Positions 13,761-26,199 of a stretch of DNA of 64,000 bases are shown one piece after another. The DNA is from Octopus bimaculoides (Eukaryota). Below the pieces are notes generated by a model that searched no databases, was not told the DNA's origin, and saw only the letters and a program-made list of their open reading frames with translations. The position numbers and the translations under genes were made by a program. The number at the start of each line of letters is the position of its first letter. Position 1 is the stretch's first letter. Location of the stretch: positions 35,070,520-35,134,519 of the forward strand of contig NC_069002.1 of assembly GCF_001194135.2 (NCBI RefSeq). Reading direction: 5' to 3'.

Positions 13761-14324
13761 TACCTTTACTTCACCTTCATTTAATTGAGAAATAAAATTT
13801 AATTGCTCGGATAATATTTCGAATATTTGAGAGGAGGCTATGTTTTTTATTTTATTTCAAGTTTCTTTCAATTAGATTCTATTTTAATTTAATATATTTT
13901 GAATTTATTTTAATTTACTACAAGTTCATAAAATTAGCTTCTCTGCTATAATTGCTTCTTGAAACTGTATAAAAGAAATTTTGACGCTCCGCTTTTTGAC
14001 ATTGCTATGAACAATTTCTATGACACTATGCGCTGTTGGTGTACAATAAATTGAATTCGTTATGTGAAAGTGTACTCTTCTAATTATCCAATTAAATTAC
14101 GTCAATATACTCTCGTGATTCACTCGGTTTAGTAGTGAAGTTTGTCTCCAAATCATATATCGCCATATTGTTAATGCAAATAAAATGGCAAAACGACTGG
14201 TAAACGTCTGGTCTTTTCGTAGAAATAGGTGGATGTCTTTTATCTAGATTTGAGTATGGGCTAAACATGAAGAAAATATGACGAAATTGGCTGAGTAGAC
14301 ATGGCTGACTGATAAGAGCTGTAA

Positions 14325-14479
14325 TTATCAACGACATGGTTCTGAGTTCCATCTAACTGTCTGGTAGTTTCTCCTAAGATGGTGCCAGTTGACCAAGGCT
14401 GCCAGTGGATTTGGCCGTCCAAAACAAAGAAACCCGTCATATATGTATTTGTGTGAGAGGGTTTGTGTGTGTGTGTGTG

Positions 14480-14521
<42 letters not shown>

Positions 14522-14605
14522 TATGGTTTGGGTTTCTGCTTGTTGTCACCATCATTTGACAGCCGTTGTTGGCTTGTTTACGTCCACATAACCTAGTAAT
14601 CTTGT
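14325..14605 (+). mobile_element. Decayed SINE family C with internal (TG)/(TA) microsatellite
   Basis: CATGGTTCTGAGTTCC...GACCAAGGCT...GTGGATTTGG...AAAGAAACCCGTCATATATG, then microsatellite and tail (CATCATTTGACAGCCGTTGTTGG). Confidence 0.6.
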
Positions 14606-14607
14606 TT

Positions 14608-14700
14608 GTTGTTAACGGCTGATATATCCTCCAGCACACACATTTCCCCAACACACCTGATGAAGGCTGGAGGGAATATCAGAGATTCGATAGGGAGATC
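14608..14700. repeat. Inverted repeat with a hammerhead-like CTGATGA core (possible Penelope-like terminal repeat remnant)
   Basis: CTGATATATCCTCCAGC (14619-14635) is an imperfect reverse complement of GCTGGAGGGAATATCAG (14666-14682). The latter directly follows CTGATGAAG. Confidence 0.4.
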
Positions 14701-15359
14701 ATTTCTGGGACTTTCTCTAACTGCTCTAGCTTCACGTGGAGAAGAACCTCCAAGGTAGTCCCGACTTAATTCTCTCTACTCGATCCTTTAACATCCAGGA
14801 GATTCTTCACGTTGTCCGTAAATATACAGGCGAGAATCCACCATTGATCCAAGCAGAGCATGTGTGTATTATTTGTATTCATAACTTTTGCTCTTAGGAG
14901 TTTTATATTTCTTGGATCTGTGTGAAGGTGTTTTCTTTTCCATCTATGTTTAGAATCATGATGAATTATTTTCGAAACTTGGTTCTAATAAATTTCCTTT
15001 TCCCTCATACAGCAAACAAATTATCTTCGTCCGTTCATTGTGTATATCATTGCATTCATGAATTCACAAACAAAGATTAAACGGGTGTAATATATTTTTG
15101 AATCTTCCTAGAACTTATTTCCAATGTTTTCTATCTTTTTTCTTGGGTCTGTCCCTGTTAAGTTTGAAATCCCCCCTTGTCAATCCATATTATTTATAGG
15201 GATTCCTAGAACCGTGAGAGCCTGCTTCAAAGCAGTAACACTGAACTTTTGGACATAATTCCTCAATGAGTGTGATAAGAGTAATCTTTGCACAGGCCAA
15301 AAACACATCAATACCAGAATAAAGAGTGATTTGCCAGACGAGATATTTACGTAATATTT

Positions 15360-15500
15360 GGAAACAGCTGTCATAAGCAGCATTCAAGCCAGACATGCAT
15401 ATATTCACGCGAGGTGTGTGCATATCATTTCTTGAATATTTATTTAAAATATTTCACCAACGGAGAAAGAGCCAGTTTACCTCCTCGTAACAAAGTGTTT
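15360..15500 (+). mobile_element. Possible 5' untranslated fragment of a mariner-type transposon
   Basis: GCAGCATTCAAGCCAG...GCATATCATTTCTTG...GAGAAAGAGCCAGTTTACC resembles, from memory only, a cephalopod mariner leader. No transposase ORF follows. Confidence 0.25.
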
Positions 15501-15650
15501 TCATTAAATTTGTCTACATCAAAAGGCAAGCAATTTTAATACGTTCCTATATATTTATGTAAATATGTTCCTTGTGTGAGTCTGCGTGTGTATATACATA
15601 TATGTGTGCATGTATATATGTCTACATCGTGTTAGATCTATACGTTTCAA

Positions 15651-15872
15651 TTATGTATATATCCTCGTGCAAATCTTTCTAGAGTTGTTACATGTGTTGA
15701 AGTATCTACTATACACGAACCCCTTGAAATTCGCGCACATTTTTATCACTTCATGTAGAGCTTCATGTAAGTTTTTAATTACAGAACGCGGCCCTTCCGG
15801 CTCTATGAAACCTGGCTTCTTACAACTGGCAATGAAATAATTATTTCCTTCATAAATTAGCCCAATACTCAC
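15651..15872 (-). pseudogene. Probable hAT (Charlie-like) transposase fragment
   Basis: FHRAGRAA in one frame, then KNLHEALHEVIKMCANFKGFVYSRYFNTC. Resembles the hAT motif C..HREALAA...L.EVL.EVIK.VN.IK...NSRLF..LC. Confidence 0.35.
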
Positions 15873-15911
15873 ATTTGTAAATGTTTAAGCCTGACTTAGG
15901 TTCTGTTGCAT

Positions 15912-15963
<52 letters not shown>

Positions 15964-16834
15964 GTATGAATGGATACACGCATGCGTGTATGTATGCATA
16001 TATGTAAGATTTTGTGTAGGTATGCTTATATCTGTATAGTACGTCTATCTGTATGTATGTATATATGAATGTGCGTATGAATATGTATGCAAAGGTGTGT
16101 ATATGTCCAGAATGTACGTATCTATAATGCGTGCATGTATGTAAACATGCATGCGTATATATAGCAATGAACTAACAAGAAAGTTTCGCAGGAATTTCAA
16201 TACTATCAATTCGGTATGTATGCATGTATTTCCTATAGACGTGCGCACGTACAAGTAATTAAAAACACATGTAGACACGAGTATAAATATGTGAGTGCGC
16301 ATGCATAATTCCCTTTGTCATTGCGCATGTGAATATGCATAGATGCATATATGTTTATAAATGTACGCTAACATGCACATTCACTCGTGTGTTTTTCAGC
16401 ATAAAACCTTATAAAATATTTAGATTTTTTAAGACGGCGGGAACTAAGTTGCCAACACATACTATATACTGTTAAAGACTGTCATACCGGCCATGACGAA
16501 GGGAAATAGCCTTGAAACTCGAGTCGCCTTTATATATATATATATTTATATTTATATATTTATATATTTGATCCTTTATATTGAACACTCAATATTTCAT
16601 CTACATTCAATACTTTATTTCATGGTGCCATCCATTTTTATTTTATTTTATACTATATATTGTATATTATATTATATATTGTATATTCCATATTCTATAC
16701 CCCACATTAGTTCTGCAGGAATATAAATAAAACATAAAAAACAGACAGTGTTGGAACTCTTTTAAGCAAAATAATATATTCCTCTATACACAATCATACA
16801 AAAAAATCCACCTTTTTTTGTATTTATTTTTACT

Positions 16835-16872
<38 letters not shown>

Positions 16873-16875
<3 letters not shown>

Positions 16876-17037
16876 GACGGGCTTCTTTCAGTTTCTGTCT
16901 AGCAAATCCACTCACATGGTTTTGGTCGTCTCCAGACTATAGTAAAATACACTTACCCAAGGTGCCACGTAGTGGGATTGAACCTGAAACCATGAGGCTG
17001 ATGAGCAAATTACTTACCACACAGCCAGCCCTGCTCC
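16873..17037 (-). mobile_element. SINE family C (head and body)
   Basis: TACGACGGGCTTCTTTCAGTTTC...CCCAAGGTGCCACG...CTTACCACACAGCC is the reverse complement of the C consensus. Adjoins (AT)n. Confidence 0.85.
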
Positions 17038-17593
17038 GGTGTATATTGCTTTTCTGCCACTCATGTGACTCAAGTTAACTTAGTCATAATTTAGTACGCA
17101 CTCATACAAACCATGGTAAAATAACACACCAACGGAAGCTTATATTCCTTTTTGCACTAACATTCATGCACTAATCAATCTAATATCGCAAGCGTTGCAT
17201 TCTAAAAACCACGTGATATGGGAAAATCAGCGAAGTAGATACAGTTCTGTACTGTATCTTTTATAATTTTTATAGATTTATTTTAACTGCAAAACCACAC
17301 TACGGAAGAATTGACGTAAGATTGAACAATAAACAGCGATATGGTGAGGGAGTACTGTGCATAAATAAATACATACAATACACACGCATATATATATATT
17401 TCACGCTCAATGCACCGTTTCGCGTCCGATCACCGAACCTAAGAAACTCGAAATTGGGAAGTAGTTAAATGGCTGACCACTTCGGAAACCTAGGTGGTGC
17501 AAGCTTCTCACCTTAAAGGCGCGACCACGGCTGTGTGCTAAGACATCTGCTTCTGAACTAGATTTGTTCAGCTTCCCAACTACACTGGTCATC

Positions 17594-17867
17594 GAGTTCA
17601 GTCCGACTGCGGTGAACCATCAGCCGGTGACACCTGCTATAGCTTCGGGCTGACCAAAGCCTAGTGAGAGGATCTGGTACACGTAAACTGAAAGAAGCGC
17701 GTCGTATATATGTGTGCATGTGCGTGTGTCCGTTTATTTACATCCCTGCAACCTCGCAGTTTGGCAAATATGCCAATAGAACAAGTGACATGCTCAACAA
17801 AATATAATATGTACTGGGGTCGATATGTGTTCAACTAAACCTTTTCAGTTTGATGACTGAAACAAGT
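17594..17867 (+). mobile_element. SINE family C (body and tail), decayed
   Basis: GAGTTCAGTCC...CTATAGCTTCGGGCTGACCAAAGCC...AAACTGAAAGAAGCGCGTCGTATATATG...GATGACTGAAACAAG. Confidence 0.7.
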
Positions 17868-17982
17868 ATATGATAAAAGATAACACACGCGTGAGTGTAG
17901 ACACACATATGCATACTCATGTACCTACATGGGTGCCGTTGGCGATTTCTTTTCCTTCTTTTGACCTTTCTCTTTCTTCTTT

Positions 17983-18012
17983 CCGACGAAGAGCTATGCT
18001 CGAAACGTTAAA
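17983..18012 (+). ncRNA. Minimal hammerhead-ribozyme-like motif (variant core), probably in a Penelope-like repeat end
   Basis: CCGACGA-A-GAGC-TAT-GCTC-GAAAC-GTT: a CUGANGA core with one substitution, a 4-bp helix II, GAAA and the palindromic helix III AACGTT. Confidence 0.4.
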
Positions 18013-18469
18013 CTCTTTCCTTTCACTGAGCGTTAAGCTAATACACCTCTTGTACACATCTTCACGTTCATCGTTTTCCCTTTTTTCTTGATTTTTATTC
18101 ATTTCTTTGAATTGTTTTTTTTTTTGTCTAACTGAATATCTTTGTGTGTGTATGTGTAATGTCTGATGAGAGAGTAAAGAAAGCCAAAACACTATATTTC
18201 GTATGCATTTTCCAACAGTTTAATTTGCAACTAACACCAGTCAATAAAACGTCGGCACCATATTTCGAGTCCTCTTCTCATAAGCCGATACCCAACCACA
18301 CACCATTCACTGAAATGTTCGACTTTGTACTCTGATAGGAAAACAATCGATATTCGTCGTATATACTTATCCCGCCCCGCTATTATCTTCAAAATCTTCA
18401 CGGATATTTTTAATTGAATGATAATGTATTTCGTTGGGCGCACTAGCAAAACTTTGTTCGACAGGAAGG

Positions 18470-18555
18470 AGATGATCGAATTAAATCTACGTCAGTTTAA
18501 TACTGGCTATTATTTTATCGATCCCAGTGGGTTGAAAGGCAAAAATCAACATTGT
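18470..18555 (-). mobile_element. SINE family A fragment
   Basis: ACTGGCTATTATTTTATCGATCCCAGTGGGTTGAAAGGCAAA matches the A body. Confidence 0.5.
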
Positions 18556-20287
18556 GTATGGGAGGTAGGATAATATGATTTTATATTCTAAAAGCAATGG
18601 CTTTACAGTTCCGGTCGCATCTATTTCACATTAGAATTTATAACTGAATATTTATAGGGAATTCTGTATAATATTTCGACAAAAGCCTTTTACAGTCTAC
18701 CGATTTATAAATCAAATCAGGCGTAAAGTTTATATTGTTAAGGTAACAAAACAAAACGAAAACAATATTTGTTGCTTGTTATTTGCATTCAATGTCTCCA
18801 GGTAGGATGAGCATATATGTGTAACTAGAGAAGAAAGAGAAAGCCAGTTAAACAGCGAAAGTCTGCGATTAAATAATTTTAATTTTGTTCTATTGACAAA
18901 TGTTAGTGATTTTTCCAGAAATATTCAATTATATATATTTGCTTGCCGTTTGCATCGTTGAAAGTTCATATGATTGTTAGAATGTCATTGCATTGCCTCC
19001 ATATTAACAATTCGTGTTGGTGCTGGAAGAGGTCGGTACGGTGAAGGACGGAGGTGTAGGTTTATAAATGTTATTGCTTCAAATTGAATGTACCGGATTC
19101 CTTAATAATGGTAATTTCTGGCAGCATTTTATTTCTGATGTGTGTAAATGAATTTATATAGTTTTTCCTCCAATTCACAGCCTCGTAAATTGAATTTAAA
19201 TTAGAGCTTTGCCTATGCTTTGTCTAACGTCCATGACTCTCAGCGAATTGTTATTGGCGCTGGTATTTTTGTTGTTGTTTCGTTAGTAAAATGCAATTAG
19301 TTCTTCCATCAATGTTGTTGATATTAAACATCATCTGAAATAAATAAATAGGTTCACTCTCTCTCCTCCTCATCCCCTTCTCTCTCTCACTCTCTGCCTT
19401 CCATTTTGTTTCTCCCTTTGTTTCTCTCTCTTTCTTCTCTCTCATTATCTGTAACTATTTTTTTCTTTTATTTATGCAATTCTTTTATATGAAACCTTCA
19501 GGTGGAGCGAATTAAACCTTAGAATTTCGCAAGCCACTTTTAAACATGAGATTAACAACAACAAACAACAAGAATAACAACGAAAAGCATCAAGAAAAAC
19601 ACCAACAAAACAACAGCAGTCACACGTATTAGAAGCTATAAACTGTTTGTTAACAGACATAAGGAAACCCATCATAAATGGAACACTTTTCTCCATTTAA
19701 CCAGCATTACAAACAGATATATACCAGTTGTTTATATTGTTTTCATTCTGTATCATTAACAGCATGATTTAAAATTGTTGTTGTCTGTGTTGTTGCTGTC
19801 CTCACTACAACATTAACGACTTCACCAGTCTACGCTTATTAGAATGTATCATTAGTAGCACAGCTGTTTAATTGATAGGAAAATTGTTTTGTGGCATCTG
19901 TTTATGGTTCTTTAAATTCTGATTTCAAATCCCGTTGAGACCAATGTGTTTTTCACACTTTGTGGTTCGATATAATGGATGTACCATTTGAGTAAAAGCG
20001 TGAAATGACTGATTAACTTCACGAATCAGTTTCCTCGCCTTCTGCCTTGTACACCACGCATGTACACCTCCTTAAAGGGTCTTTGTAGAACGAATCAACG
20101 CATGTACTTATTTAAAACCTTATCTTATTAGTATCTGTTTCCGAACATCTAAGTTACGGGGACGTAAACAAAACAGGATCGGCTGTCAACACGGTGGGTA
20201 GGGACGGACAAGCACAAATACTCACACACACAGATATACACGCTTGAAATACTTTCACCTTAATGTTGTTCTTTATGTACGGAGACA

Positions 20288-20632
20288 CGGTCGTAGGATC
20301 GCGGTTTCGATTCCCAGACCGGGCGTTGTGAGTGTTTATTGAGCGAAAACACCTAAAGCTCCACGAGGCTCCGGCAGGGGATGGTGGTGAACTCTGCTGT
20401 ACTCTTCCACCACAACTTTCTCTCACTCTTACTTCCTGTTTCTGTTGTACCTGTAATTCAAAGGGGTCAGCCTTGTCACACACTGTGTCACGCTGAATAT
20501 CCCCAAGAACTACGTTAAGGGTACACGTGTCTGTGGAGTGCTCAGCCACTTGCACGTTAATTTCACGAGCAGGCTGTGCCGTTGATCGGATCAACTGAAA
20601 TCCTCGACGTCGTTAGCGACGGAGTGCCAACA
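20288..20632 (+). mobile_element. SINE family B (tail X), 5'-truncated
   Basis: Near-identical to the reverse complement of 7990-8340. Ends CGACGGAGTGCCAACA. Confidence 0.9.
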
Positions 20633-21387
20633 AGTATGTATGTATATATATATGTGGGTGTGTCAGATAGATAACTGTGTGTGTGTGTCTGTGTTCGAAA
20701 CTATGTGCGTGTAAGCCGAACAGCAATATAATGTTTACGGAACATAAAATTCCACGATTTCAGGCGCCGAAATGTGAAAACCGAAATTGCCTTTTCGCAA
20801 AATTGCCGGATGCGATTCAGCTAACGAACTTACTTCTCTTCATATTTTATTGCACATATGTTGCTTAGTTTCTGAGCGCTATTCACTTCCAATACTTTTT
20901 GTCTGTCTCTTAATTTATACGCTTAAGCTATATATTTCACGCTGATATTAACCGTACAATGAGTATCCAAACGTTATTATTTATATAAAGAATATAGTAA
21001 CCAATTTTCAACTCTATTTCTCATGTTTTAAAATAGACCTGTAATTTGGATTGAATTTTTCTTATATTTTGATGCCTAACTATATATGTGATTCTCATAT
21101 CAATTTTCTTGAATCGTTCATAAAGCAATACTGTTGATATATCTTTCGTGTATATAAGTAATGCGGATGTTTGCCTGTTGACATCCCTATGTGCATATGC
21201 GTTACGCATAAACACACACACACTCACGCACTCACACACCCACATAAACACACATATGTGTAATACATTCCTATACTGTATATATGTAATGTATATATTG
21301 TAATGTATACGAACATATATGTATATATATGAATACACATGTTTATGTATATATTTATATATGCTTATATTTCACATATATATACAT

Positions 21388-21432
<45 letters not shown>

Positions 21433-24212
21433 TATACACGATTAAACCTATACCAATATACAAAAAATATCTAGAGTTATTCATGCATGGAGCACCCAAT
21501 AATTTCGTCTTAATAACATGCATTGCATTTTTTTATATTGATATGAACACAAAAGTATACATACATGCATACGTATGCATAACTGTGTGTGTGTTTATTA
21601 TATGCACATTTTCCTTGTACAGAAGTTTACCCTCTACCTGCTGTTTCTCTGCAACATGTGTATTGTTTCAGCTCCATCAGCGAAGAAATACAAAATTCTT
21701 GCTATGCTTTGAGAATGGAAGATGAGGAATAGTAAGAAATTTCGAAGACCGTGCAGAATATAGGAAAATGTGGGATGAATAAGTAACAAAACAGAACAAA
21801 GTAAAATTTATATAATGAGAAGTGAAGATTTCAGAAATCACCGAGTGTTTTCAGACAATGTGAAAGTAAGTAAAAAGAAGAGATGAAGAAAATGAAGGAA
21901 AAACAACGAGGGTATTAAATGGATGTCGATAAAGTAGATAACAGAAGATTGATATGTGTGATAAAGATGGAGAACGGTAGAAAGTTAGCGTTGAAAAATG
22001 CGTTAGGACTCATCTGGGAATACTTATTTAAAGAGGTAGGCACAGAGGATAGAAGTTTAAGAAATTCTTTATATATAGGCGCAGGCGTTGTTGAGTGGTA
22101 AGATCGAAAAAAGTGATGTGATTAATAAAGAACCTCATGAATTCCATTTTCTGTTTCGTTATATACTCGACGGAGAAATCAGTGATCCAATGACATTCAT
22201 ATATAGATCCAGTTGATGATATCAGGTACCCGCAGACAACGTATTCCCAATTCTAATATAATTACCTACATATATATAGTGTTTGTTTCTGTGGCTATGT
22301 ATATCTTACACACATTGCTTTCACAGCGACACAGTAGTGTAAACGCCGTCACTATTAACCCCACACGGACGTATATGTAGATATATATATACATACATGC
22401 AGCTAATACAGCTCATATTTTTTGTACCCATAGTATTTTTCACGTGGGTTACAATATATCTAATGAAAAACACAATAGTATCATTTGTGTATATCTATAT
22501 ATATATGTGTATGTTTACATTTTTTAGTTGCAATAATTTTTCCACCGTAATTCTTTTCGTATATCTAGTTTACATTTTTTCTTTGCACGTGCCTCCATAT
22601 TTCTTCAATGTTCCTGATTTATATATATGTTTTATCCTTTTTGTAAGTCTTGTTAGTTTACATCCCTGCTTTTTCTGATTGTACACGCTGTAACATATAG
22701 CATCTATGTGTTCGAAGTTTTTAGGGAAACAGTTTGCGTAAATTATAAATGAACTTTTCTTTTCAGTGTTTCCATAAAACCATCAATATATAACTAATGT
22801 GGTAGAAATGGGTTATATTTCGATAACAAGCAGAGGGGTACAAAATGCACAATTTGTGATAAAAATAATTGGAAGGAAATGGTTTTAGTTTCATTTGTAC
22901 TAGTGTTCTGGTAGTGTTTGTGCTGTGACGTTGATGGTGTGTCAAGATGAGTATTGTATTAGTTGTGTTGTATGTGTTGTTTAAATTTTATTTCGATATA
23001 TTTAGTGGCGGATATCAGCTCCAAGAAAGCAAGCATCCGATCCCAGACGCTCATGCAAGACATAAACAACAAGAAGACATATTTCGTCTCTGAAATCTTC
23101 TGATATAATATAGGTAGGCGACTACATATCACTGCTATTTCTATCAGTTTGACTCTCCTACAGCGAAGCACAATTCAAGTTTCTTCAGACATAGTACAGC
23201 TTGGAATGCATCATACAATGTTTATGAAGTGCAAGTTGTTGATAATGTGGGTGCCATTGCTAGCATACCCAAAAGCCATTTATAAGGGTCAGGTATCGGT
23301 TTCTTCTACTGTGGTAGGTAATCCCGGTGCAGAGCGCATGATATTAATTCACTCAGCGCGAGACAATGGCATTTTAAGTTTTGAGTCTTGCATGCGTGAG
23401 ATTCCTTTAAACTTATATTAGCGTGTCAGGCAGTATGTATCCCCACTTAAACGTAAATATCGTTAGAATAAGCTCGGTCATTTGTTTACTTTTTAAAAAT
23501 TGTCACTTCAATTCGGAGAATGTATATTATTATGATATATTTAGATACAGTTATTATAGTATGAGTCTACCATAGTAACTTCCTCTCCGTAACTTAAAAA
23601 GCCTTTCTGGTTTGTTTACTAATATTAAATTTAATATATATATATTATATTATATTATTTTAGTTTCTATTATTTTCTGTTATATTATATTATATTCTAT
23701 ATATATTGCACACTAGAAAATTACTCAGCATAACATTTCAATCTATTGTTGTATTCTCGATATTGAATATACTTTGTATTTAACCCGAGATATGAGATAT
23801 GTTGCCCTTCGAACTAAAAGATATATTATGTCATTTTAATTGTTTCCTGTCATTAAAACACAGTAATATATTTATTTCAAGCGATCGATACTAGGGTCTC
23901 ATACAGTTTGCAGTTTAACCAAATATCTAGATAATACACTGACGGCTGTCTTTGATCTTCTTAAGATGAATAGCTGAACAATGTTAAACATACTCCAGTA
24001 TTTACTTACGTATTATATATCAATAGACGACCATTGATGGTTTCATTTTATACGTGAGAAATTGATTTGAATTGAGACTAACTCCATAAAATATTCTGCT
24101 AAATTAACTTATCAATAATCCTACGGCGACCAAATAGCATCAATAATTTAATTCTAATTTACTCGAATTTACACACTTCTTAAGATACTTGTTTTCAATG
24201 TATATTTTTCAG

Positions 24213-24333
24213 AAATGATTATATAATAATTGATCCGGATGGAGTCAATATTTACAAGTGAATCGACACGAAGAACTTTGTTTTACTACATATTGGAGAT
24301 GGTGCTGTTTATGACAATTACTTTTCCTATCAG
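24213..24333 (+). CDS. Candidate exon of an unidentified host gene (two possible readings)
   Basis: Strong acceptor TATATTTTTCAG and donor CAG|GTAAGA in very AT-rich flanks. Reading 1 (phase 2 to 0): NDYIIIDPDGVNIYK*IDTKNFVLLHIGDGAVYDNYFSYQ, with one TGA. Reading 2 (ATG at 24239, phase 2 out): MESIFTSESTRRTLFYYILEMVLFMTITFPI. Confidence 0.4.
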
Positions 24334-25129
24334 GTAAGATTTGCAGTTAAAATTTTTATTTGCTTTTAAACTGTTATCAAGGCAATTTGATAAGAAACAG
24401 TTGGATGTATTCTATATGCCATTATTACATTCGTTATAAATACTATTGTTTTTCTTGCATCTCAGCTAAATTGAAAACAATATCGTTTGTAGAATTATAA
24501 TTTCTTTTAAATAGTTTGTTTCCTTCCTTCAACCGCAAATTCGAATTTTTATCGCTGATCAAATATTAAACTTCGTAAATTAAGTAAGCGACTTAGTTTG
24601 TTCCTAATGGTTACAGACTTGGTATTATGAGTAGTAAAAGTTAGATACTTATATATAATGAAGCCTCACGTCAGTTTCTTTAAAAATATAAATATAAAAA
24701 TGTATTGCATTTGTTACTACAATTGTTCCAGTGTAGACAATTTTTTCTAGCAAATCAGCCGTCAAAGATAGTAATGTCATCACTGAATGCACTTGGAATT
24801 AGTTGGATTTTTTTTATATGTGGTGCATACGTCCGCAAAAAATTCTATTTTATACTGCGTTCATACTGTATATGGTTGAGAAACTTTGCAATGATTCAGT
24901 AAGCTATGTATAGAGTATATCTGATGTTTCCTTTGGTGTGTCATTTCTTGTATTCTTATTGGGTTCTTGCCTATATATATATATATATATATNNNNNNNN
25001 NNNNNNNNNNNNNNNNNNNNNNNNNTATATATATTACCTTAATACAGAGAGTAAGAAAGGGATAGAGGGGAAGAGAAAAGGAGTCATATTCACAATTAAA
25101 ACTAGTTTGCAGAATGCAGTTGCAATGTG

Positions 25130-25761
25130 AAGGCATCCAGAAGCTCACTATCCAATAAAGTTTTATGCGAAGCATTACAGAAAAAGATGAAATCCTAACA
25201 GATTGCATGTGGATTAAACGAGCCGAGCATGATTTTCCTTAGCTCAAAAGGCCAGAAGAACAAGTCTATCGGGAAGCTCAAAATGATACTTTGTTCCCGA
25301 CAGCAAGAGCATCATCGACATCAACTTAATTTCGTTTGGCGACACGATCATCAAAGAGCAAGTTGCGGAATTTTTGAAGGAGTTCAAAAAGAGATTCCAT
25401 TGCAAAAACCAGAGAATATGCTCCAAGACAATGCTCCAGCTCACAATATTCCAATTTGGTAACAAACTACTTGGCAGAGATGGGCATCAAGACACTCTCC
25501 CAGTTTCCTTACAATCCAGACCATGCTCCCAGTGACCTTTGGTTATTTTCCAAGCTGAAGAAGACCAAAGTGGCTATGACCTAGTTCCAGGACACATCTA
25601 TATTGGAAGAGTTCCATAGGGCCGTTATGAAGAAGCTCCAGCACTAGAACAAACAAATTGAAGTAAGAGAGTCCTACATTAAAAGAGGTTAGAGTTCTGT
25701 GCTTCTATGAACCTAGTGTCTCTCATGAAAAAAGTCACAACATTCTGGAATGTATCTTGTA
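25130..25761 (+). mobile_element. Decayed mariner (DD34D) transposon, 3' half with transposase remnants
   Basis: LQDNAPAHN, then after a frameshift LVTNYLAEMGIKTLSQFPYNPDHAPSDLWLFSKLK (~PYSPDLAPCDFWLFPKLK). About 34 residues between the catalytic Asps after frameshift correction. Probable terminal repeat ending ...TCTTGTA at 25761. Confidence 0.8.
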
Positions 25762-26199
25762 TACAATTCCATTCAAGTACAACTGTTAATACCTTATTAC
25801 TATTGTCACAAACAACTGCTAATGAAAAAGGTTTAAAGAACATAAGAATGTTTATTTCTCACAATGAAGCTTTGAGATACCGACGTAGAAGGCGCGCCAG
25901 CATATGGCCAACTGCAATAGTGCAACAGTAATAACGTTACAAATATCACATCATGCACACACACACACACACACACACATACACACACACACACACACAC
26001 ATACACANNNNNNNNNNNNNNNNNNNNNNNNNNNNNNNNNNNNNNNNNNNNNNNNNNNNNNNNNNNNNNNNNNNNNNNNNNNNNNNNNNNNNNNNNNNNN
26101 NNNNNNNNNNNNNNNNNNNNNNNNNNNNNNNNNNNNNNNNNNNNNNNNNNNNNNNNNNNNNNNCCATCTCACGCACACACAAACACACTAACCATAAAC

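Noticed and set aside
24259-24261. Selenocysteine reading of the in-frame TGA
   Set aside because: The context resembles no selenoprotein motif I know, and no SECIS can be assigned because the 3' UTR is unknown. Kept only as a remote alternative.
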